Source: Candidatus Micrarchaeota archaeon | GTDB taxonomy: Archaea; Micrarchaeota; Micrarchaeia; Anstonellales; Bilamarchaeaceae | Length of the DNA: 30,912 nucleotides | NCBI GenBank assembly: GCA_040753215.1 | Contig: JBFMEZ010000019.1 | Coordinates: forward strand, 1-30,912 | Direction of reading: 5' to 3' | Part shown: piece after piece, positions 25,613 through 30,912 of the stretch | How positions within the stretch are numbered: position 1 is the stretch's first letter | How the letters are laid out: every line of letters starts with the position of its first letter | Position numbers and translations under genes: made by a program | Notes under the pieces: model-generated | Seen by the model: the letters and a program-made list of their open reading frames with translations, nothing else | Databases searched by the model: none | What the model was told of the DNA's origin: nothing

Positions 25613-27214
25613 TCAGAACACCCACTTTGCGTTCCTTCTTACGCTCTCCATGACTTCCGCCGGCTCGACATAATACCTGGAAACTATCGCGCCCACCTCG
25701 TTTACCGCCTCATACCCGTTCCTGACCATCCAGTTCAGCACGTTCATCTTCTCCACGAGGTCGGATTCTATCTCCCTCTCGCTCAGCCCCGCGTAGAGGT
25801 TGAGTATCTCGGCGATTCTGGAGAGCCGCCCCACCCTCGGCGTCTTGTCGCTCTTCGCGTCCCACCTGTACACTATGTTGTACTGCCCTCCCCTGAGCAC
25901 CTCCGCGAACTCCAGCGTCCTCCTCAGGTTCAGCCTCCTGTGCCTGAACTGCACGACTATCCCCGCGAGCGCGTCTAGCATCTCGGCGGGCACGTTTATC
26001 GGCGGGTTCGTGAGCCGGGAGAGCGTCTGCTCCGTGTTGTCCGCGTGCAGCGTCGCATACACGCTGTGCCCGGTGTGCATCGCCTCGAACAGTATCTCCG
26101 CCTCCTTCTGCCTCCTCACCTCTCCCACGATTATGCGGTCCGGCCTCTGCCTCAGCGCATTCACCATCAGGTCCAGCATCGTGATTTCGCCCTTCCCCTC
26201 CGGGTTCGGCTCCCTCGTGACCATGGGCAGCCAGTGCAGGAAGGACGGCAGCGTGAGCTCCCTCGTGTCCTCTATGCTCACTATCCTCTGGTTCGCGGGT
26301 ATCAGACCGGCGAGCGCGTTCAGGAAGGAAGTCTTTCCGCTCCCCGTCCCGCCCGAAACGATCAGTGAAAGCTCGTTCTGCACGCACATCCACACCATCG
26401 CCGCGACCTCGGGCGTGATGCTCTGGCCCCTTATGAGGTTCGTAATCGTCCACGGGTTCCTTGAGAACTTCCTTATCGTGAGCGTGTTTCCGAAGCTTGA
26501 GACCGGGAAAAGCGTCGCATTCACGCGGTCCCCCGTAGGAAGGTGCGCATCCAGCAGCGGGGTGAGCACGTTTATCTGCCGCCCCACCTTCCTCGCCACA
26601 AGCGAGGAGAAATCGTAAATCTGCTCCTCGTCCTTAAGCCTTATGCTGGTCTTGCACCACCCGAACTTCTTGTGGTAGACCCACACCGGCTCGCGCGAAT
26701 TGTTCACCGCAATCTCTTCGAGGTATTCATCGTGCAGCGGCGTCTCCAGCTCCCCCAGCCCCAGCGTGTTCTGCACCAGGTAGGACGCGAGTATCCTCTG
26801 CTTGTCGTCCGGGAGCATCGGGAAATTCTTCTTCAGGACCTTCGCGGACGCCTCCTCGAATTTGGCCTTCACCTCCGGGACCTTCTTCGGGTCCAGTATC
26901 TCCGTGATGTCCAGCTTCACTTCGGCGATCAGCTCGCCCCTGAGCTTCGTCTCCAGCAGGAGCTTGGTCCCGCCCGCGATGCCCGGTATCGAGATGCCAT
27001 ACACCGGCACGAAGTCCTCCTTCATCTCTATTGCGACCTCCACCGGTATGTTCTCGCTGAGGAAGGAATACTTCTCAAGCACCTTCCCTTCCCTTCGCGC
27101 AGCGGCCGGCGCCCTTGGCGCGGCAGGCGCCGGGATTATCTCCGCCGGCTCCTCCTTCCCGAACCTGCTGACTATTTCCTTGATACCTTCCTCCTTCTTT
27201 TCTCCATCCGCCAT
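25613..27214 (-). CDS. Type IV pilus assembly ATPase (TadA/VirB11/ArlI family)
   Basis: Walker A GGTGSGKTS, Asp box SIEDTREL, Walker B IIVGEVR, His box HTGH..TLHA; RBS GGTGA before ATG 27214. Confidence 0.95.
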   Translation of the reverse strand: MADGEKKEEGIKEIVSRFGKEEPAEIIPAPAAPRAPAAARREGKVLEKYSFLSENIPVEVAIEMKEDFVPVYGISIPGIAGGTKLLLETKLRGELIAEVKLDITEILDPKKVPEVKAKFEEASAKVLKKNFPMLPDDKQRILASYLVQNTLGLGELETPLHDEYLEEIAVNNSREPVWVYHKKFGWCKTSIRLKDEEQIYDFSSLVARKVGRQINVLTPLLDAHLPTGDRVNATLFPVSSFGNTLTIRKFSRNPWTITNLIRGQSITPEVAAMVWMCVQNELSLIVSGGTGSGKTSFLNALAGLIPANQRIVSIEDTRELTLPSFLHWLPMVTREPNPEGKGEITMLDLMVNALRQRPDRIIVGEVRRQKEAEILFEAMHTGHSVYATLHADNTEQTLSRLTNPPINVPAEMLDALAGIVVQFRHRRLNLRRTLEFAEVLRGGQYNIVYRWDAKSDKTPRVGRLSRIAEILNLYAGLSEREIESDLVEKMNVLNWMVRNGYEAVNEVGAIVSRYYVEPAEVMESVRRNAKWVF

Positions 27215-27228
27215 GGCCCTCACCACAT

Positions 27229-27256
27229 CAGTTTACAGTTTCCTGTTCCCAGTCTT
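27229..27256. repeat. Intergenic heptamer repeat
   Basis: CAGTTTA CAGTTTC CTGTTCC CAGTCTT. Confidence 0.55.
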
Positions 27257-27273
27257 TTCTCCTTCAATGCCGC

Positions 27274-28974
27274 TCATCCTATATCCCATAACCTCTTTAT
27301 CAGCTCTTTTAATTCCTTTCTCTTGCGCTCGAATTCCTCCTGCTCCTCCGCGGTCAGCCTTATGCGCTCGCCCCTCTCCGCCATTTCCTTCGGCGCCGGC
27401 CCGCCCTCCCGCAGCGCAATCAGCGCCGCCTCCCTCGTGAGTATCCTTATATTCTTCTCTATCCGTGCGGATTTCTCATTCAACTCGCCTATGAGCGCCC
27501 TCGCCTCGTCAATCCTTTTCTTCTTCTCCTCCAGCTCCTCCAGGAGCTGCACCGCCTTCCTCACGTTCTCGCTCCCCAGCGCCTCTGTTATGCCCCCCAG
27601 CCTCGCCGAGGTCTCCATCCCCAGCTCCTCCAGCTGCTTTGAGAGCGCGCCGCTCTCCTCGCCTATCTTCCCGAGCTGCGCGAGGTACTGGTCTATGGAA
27701 AGCGCGGTCTTCGCCTTGATTTTCTGGAACGTGGCGTAAGTGGCCTTCTCCTCCTCGATTGCCTCCATCGCCGCCTTCGACTCCTTCGACATCGCCTTGC
27801 CCGCCTTCTCCACCTCGTCCCTGAGCTTCTCAAGCTCCGCGACCACATCCCCGAATTCCAGCACGTGCCCGGTCACCGCGCTGAGCGTCTTCTCGAATTT
27901 CCTGAACTCCGCGGTCAGCTCCTCCTCCCTCTCCTCGATGTCCCTCACATGGTCCAGGAGCTCGCCTTTCTCCGGGAGCTTCGCCATCACGTCATGCGCG
28001 ACCTTCAGCGCGTCCTCATACTGGGCTACGAGCGCAAGGTCCTCCTCGAGGTGCTTCTCTATCCCCGGTATTTCGCCCCTCAGCTTTTCCAGCGCCGCGT
28101 ACTCCTCCTCCAGCTGCGCCTTCACCGAGCCGGAGCTCGCAGAAACGTTCTTCATAAGCTCGCGCACGGTCTGCAGCACCTCCGCGCTCTGCCTGAACTC
28201 GTCTATCAGCTCCTTCACTGCGGTAGACTCGTCCCTCACCTTCCTGTACTCTTCCTCGAGCCGGCCCATCTCCTTCTCGAGCCCGCCTACCTCGACCCTG
28301 CCTCCCTTGGGTGCCCTCCTCACCGCCTCCTCCGCCCTTCGGAGCACCTCCTCAACCCTCTCGTTGAGCTTCTCTATGCCCCTGCCGTATGCCTCAATCT
28401 CCCCGACCCTCCTGCCCAGGTCCTCCCTGCCGAACACCTTCTTGTGCTCCTGCAGCTGCTTCTCGAGCGCCTCCACCGATTCCCTTATCCCTTCGACCCT
28501 ATCCGCGAGCTCCCCGACCTTCTCAACGGTCTGCTTCGAGACCTCGCCCCTCCTCGCCCCCGCGCCCTTTATCTGCCTGGAGAGCTCCTCCAGGCTCCTG
28601 AAGCTCTCCTCGAAATGCGAGTAGAGCTTCTCCATGCTTTCCGCCTGCGTGCGCAGCTCCTCCTTCCCCCTCCTCTGGACCTCCTCCATCCTTTTAAGCT
28701 CCTCCTCCAGCGCCGCCTTCTTCCTCGCGAACTCCGCCTTCTCCGCCTTCACCTCCTCCACTCCAGGCACCACCCACACGAGGTTCACTTCGCCCAGCCG
28801 GTACTCTATCCGTATTATCTTCTCCTCCTCGAGAACGTGCGCCCAGTCTTCGATTGTGGCAGGAGGCAGCCCGAGCAGCTTCGCGGCCATGTTCAGCTCG
28901 ATGCGCTTCCTCTGCTCTATGAGCTTAATGAGAGCGTCAACACCGGTGCTGATGAGGAGCTCGTCGAGTTCCAT
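27274..28974 (-). CDS. Long coiled-coil protein with N-terminal wHTH-like domain (first gene of pilus operon)
   Basis: ISTGVDALIKLI...AAKLLG...IEDWAHVLEE..II.IEY then about 500 aa of E/K/L heptads; no Walker motif. Confidence 0.85.
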   Translation of the reverse strand: MELDELLISTGVDALIKLIEQRKRIELNMAAKLLGLPPATIEDWAHVLEEEKIIRIEYRLGEVNLVWVVPGVEEVKAEKAEFARKKAALEEELKRMEEVQRRGKEELRTQAESMEKLYSHFEESFRSLEELSRQIKGAGARRGEVSKQTVEKVGELADRVEGIRESVEALEKQLQEHKKVFGREDLGRRVGEIEAYGRGIEKLNERVEEVLRRAEEAVRRAPKGGRVEVGGLEKEMGRLEEEYRKVRDESTAVKELIDEFRQSAEVLQTVRELMKNVSASSGSVKAQLEEEYAALEKLRGEIPGIEKHLEEDLALVAQYEDALKVAHDVMAKLPEKGELLDHVRDIEEREEELTAEFRKFEKTLSAVTGHVLEFGDVVAELEKLRDEVEKAGKAMSKESKAAMEAIEEEKATYATFQKIKAKTALSIDQYLAQLGKIGEESGALSKQLEELGMETSARLGGITEALGSENVRKAVQLLEELEEKKKRIDEARALIGELNEKSARIEKNIRILTREAALIALREGGPAPKEMAERGERIRLTAEEQEEFERKRKELKELIKRLWDIG

Positions 28975-29036
28975 GAGCCGTATTTTAGAATGCACCTTTT
29001 TAAACGTTGCGTAAAAAACTCTATCGGAGATATTGA
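28975..29036. promoter_or_regulatory. Compact bidirectional promoter
   Basis: 62-nt spacer between head-to-head genes with TTTTTAAA at 28997-29004; RBS GGAGA 29026-29030. Confidence 0.6.
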
Positions 29037-30671
29037 ATGGCAGGACAAACTGAGGGTTTAGATTATATAATAAAAAAATCCGAAGAGAGCGCAGTCCAGA
29101 AATTCAAGAACCAGAACAAAATCCTCAAGAAGTTCGGGAAGAAGGGGCTTAAGGTTTACAAGGCGGTCACCCGCAAGGGCCTCTCCGGCGCCGAGCTTGC
29201 GGAAAAATCCGGCGTACCCCCGGAGGAGCTCGCCGAAATAGTCTCGTTCATGGAAAAGGGGGGAATGGTCGAGCTTTCTGCGGAAGCCGCTCCCCCGCTA
29301 AAAGCCCCGCCCGCGCCTCCCCGTATCCCTGTGGAAGAAAAACCGCCTGTTGCCCCGCCCCGCGCACCCCCTCCAAGGGTTCCGGCCCCTCCGCCCCGTG
29401 CGCCACCGCAGTTCCCGGTTCCCGGTGCCCGGTTGCCGGAAACCGGAGCCAGGAAACCGGAAGCTGTCCCCCCGCGCGCCCCGCCGAGAATCCCGCCCCG
29501 CGCCCGCGAGGAGGAGATTCGCCCCATAAGCGAGGAGGAGCTTGAGAAGGAGGAGAAGGTTCCCGAAGAAAAGGAAAAAACAGGGATGGAAAGGGAGGAG
29601 AGGGAAGAGAAGGTTGAGATGGAAAAAGAGGAGGAAATAAAGCCGATAGAATTCGAGGAGGAAAAGCCCCCTGCCCCCCCGCGCGCACCCCCTCCGCGCG
29701 CCCCTCCAAGGCCCCCGGAGGAAGCCGCCCCGCCCCGCGCACCCCTGCGTGCGCCTCCGGTCCCGCCTGCGGCCCCCCCCGAAGAGGAGGAATACCTCAC
29801 CCCCTCCGAAAAAGCAATAAAAGAAAGGTATGGGGATGTGGGCCTGAAGGTTTACAGCTACATAGACGGCCAGCGCACCGCGGAGCAGATAATGCGGGAA
29901 ACCGGCGTGACCGAAGCCCAGCTCATAGAGATGCTGGATTTCATGGAGAAGAAGGGGATAATCCGCCTCGAGCATCCGGAGCGCAGGCGCGCACCCCCGC
30001 CCCCGCCGCCCCGCGCGGCGATGGCCCCGCCGGCAGGCGCGCCCCCGGGAATAGCCCCCCTCGCACCTGCAGCCGGCCCGAGGCCTGGCGCCCCAAAGGA
30101 GGCCCCCAAGACGATGTTCGCGCCCATGGTCGAGGAGGCGCCTGAGCTCGCCGCGCCGATTTCCGAGAAGGAGCTCGCCGCAGTCTCCCTGGACGTCCCC
30201 GTAAAAACAACAAAGGACATAATCGCAGAAGTGCGGGCAAAGGCAAAGGTAATGCTTAAATTCGGAAAGGAATGCGTGAGGGCATTTGAGCTGATGGACG
30301 GCAGGAGGGACGTGGTGGACCTGTGCACCGAACTCAAGATTCCCCTATATAAGCTCTATGACTTGCTGAAATTCCTGCAGGAGCTCAAGGTCCTTGCGCT
30401 GAAGCCCGCCGCGCGCGAGGACATCCGCCGCAAATACGGCGAGGATGGCTATTCGGTCTACAAGAAGTATGGAAGGGAGGGCGTGCTGCTCTACCAGCTT
30501 ATCGGGAAGGAGATGAGCCTTAAGGAGATGGCATTCCTCACCACCACGGACCCCGAGAGAGTAATAGAGATGTTCCTTTTCATACACAAGCTCCTGGGCA
30601 TCGAGCTCCCGATAGATGAGGATGTGCTGCGGGAGAGACTGGGAATCCAAAAGAAGCCGCCGGCGGCCTAG
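29037..30671 (+). CDS. Protein with four wHTH-like repeats separated by Pro/Arg-rich and Glu-rich linkers
   Basis: Repeats KKFGKKGLKVY, ERYGDVGLKVYSYIDGQRT, LKFGKECVRAFELMDGRRD, KKYGREGVLLYQLIG; many PPRAP motifs. Confidence 0.85.
   Translation: MAGQTEGLDYIIKKSEESAVQKFKNQNKILKKFGKKGLKVYKAVTRKGLSGAELAEKSGVPPEELAEIVSFMEKGGMVELSAEAAPPLKAPPAPPRIPVEEKPPVAPPRAPPPRVPAPPPRAPPQFPVPGARLPETGARKPEAVPPRAPPRIPPRAREEEIRPISEEELEKEEKVPEEKEKTGMEREEREEKVEMEKEEEIKPIEFEEEKPPAPPRAPPPRAPPRPPEEAAPPRAPLRAPPVPPAAPPEEEEYLTPSEKAIKERYGDVGLKVYSYIDGQRTAEQIMRETGVTEAQLIEMLDFMEKKGIIRLEHPERRRAPPPPPPRAAMAPPAGAPPGIAPLAPAAGPRPGAPKEAPKTMFAPMVEEAPELAAPISEKELAAVSLDVPVKTTKDIIAEVRAKAKVMLKFGKECVRAFELMDGRRDVVDLCTELKIPLYKLYDLLKFLQELKVLALKPAAREDIRRKYGEDGYSVYKKYGREGVLLYQLIGKEMSLKEMAFLTTTDPERVIEMFLFIHKLLGIELPIDEDVLRERLGIQKKPPAA
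29409..29466. repeat. In-frame palindromic heptamer insertion in the Pro-rich linker
   Basis: CAGTTCC CGGTTCC CGGTGCC CGGTTGCC | GGAAACC GGAGCCA GGAAACC GGAAGCTG, symmetric about CCGG 29436-29439. Confidence 0.75.
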
Positions 30672-30788
30672 TCAGTTTCCAGTTTCGGGTTTCCCGTTTA
30701 CAACAATTTTCTTTATGACGGTAGGGGCGGCTTCAGCCGGCGTCACCTGTTTTCCCCTGCCCGATGGCGGCCTTACCTTATCGTCCAC
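30672..30788 (-). CDS. Possible 38-aa ORF or 3' remnant of an interrupted gene
   Basis: GGAGGT then GTG; (M)DDKVRPPSGRGKQVTPAEAAPTVIKKIVVNGKPETGN; stop abuts the convergent stop as at 20129/20130. Confidence 0.3.
   Translation of the reverse strand: MDDKVRPPSGRGKQVTPAEAAPTVIKKIVVNGKPETGN
30673..30701. repeat. Heptamer repeat
   Basis: CAGTTTC CAGTTTC GGGTTTC CCGTTTA; shares CAGTTTCCAGTTTC and GTTTCCCGTTTAC with the mvk copy. Confidence 0.6.
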
Positions 30789-30798
30789 TGAACCTCCA

Positions 30799-30911
30799 CG
30801 GCTCGGTCACACCTTGTAGTCGCCTGCGTGGCGGCGATAGGTCTGCCTAGCCATTGGGTGCGGCTACAAGGTGTGAGGAAGCCTCGGCATTTATGCCGGG
30901 GAGGAGAGCCG
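30799..30911 (+). mobile_element. Structured element with IS200/IS605-end-like hairpin (non-autonomous element or ncRNA)
   Basis: 17-bp stem 30807-30823/30860-30876; GAAG-CCTCGGCA-TTTA-TGCCGGGG-AG at 30878-30903; closing CGGCTC/GAGCCG. Confidence 0.55.
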
Positions 30912-30912
30912 A

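Noticed and set aside
27274..28974. SMC/Rad50 ATPase
   Set aside because: Coiled coil lacks Walker A/B, signature motif, hinge or Zn-hook
30700..30912. RNase P or SRP RNA
   Set aside because: Neither the GAGGAAAGUCC-type RNase P core nor the SRP helix 8 motif was found on either strand; the window edge limits certainty
1..30912. CRISPR array, tRNA or rRNA genes, integrase or transposase ORFs
   Set aside because: No regularly spaced 25-40 nt repeats, cloverleaf or recombinase motifs seen; intergenic gaps are short

Overview
Gene-dense, GC-rich archaeal chromosome segment, most likely from a DPANN archaeon such as Micrarchaeota. This is an inference from TATA-like boxes, GGTGA/GAGGT ribosome-binding sites, archaeal-type PpcA, ApgM and AsnA, an IFGC lipobox and a KGQAAMEYLMTYGW pilin. 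In order, the window holds: a divergent group II PLP decarboxylase; the [FeFe]-hydrogenase maturase HydF; a cold-shock protein; two YkgJ-type Cys-cluster proteins; a pyruvoyl AdoMetDC-like protein; a divergent Lrp/asnA pair; a non-oxidative pentose phosphate operon (rpe, tktN, tktC, dsrE, tal, degenerate Nudix); ppcA; a membrane wHTH protein with a divergent secreted acidic protein; a Na/Ca antiporter; nth; mvk; apgM; an orphan; and a type IV pilus operon facing a Pro-rich protein with four wHTH-like repeats. No rRNA, tRNA, CRISPR array or transposase gene was seen. The most unusual signal is a set of small (about 25-145 nt) palindromic or heptamer-repeat elements, several of which look like insertions. 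Some sit in frame inside genes, one truncates a gene, and several are bracketed by duplicated gene ends or starts. They are concentrated in the pilus locus, and an IS200/IS605-end-like structured element lies at the right edge.
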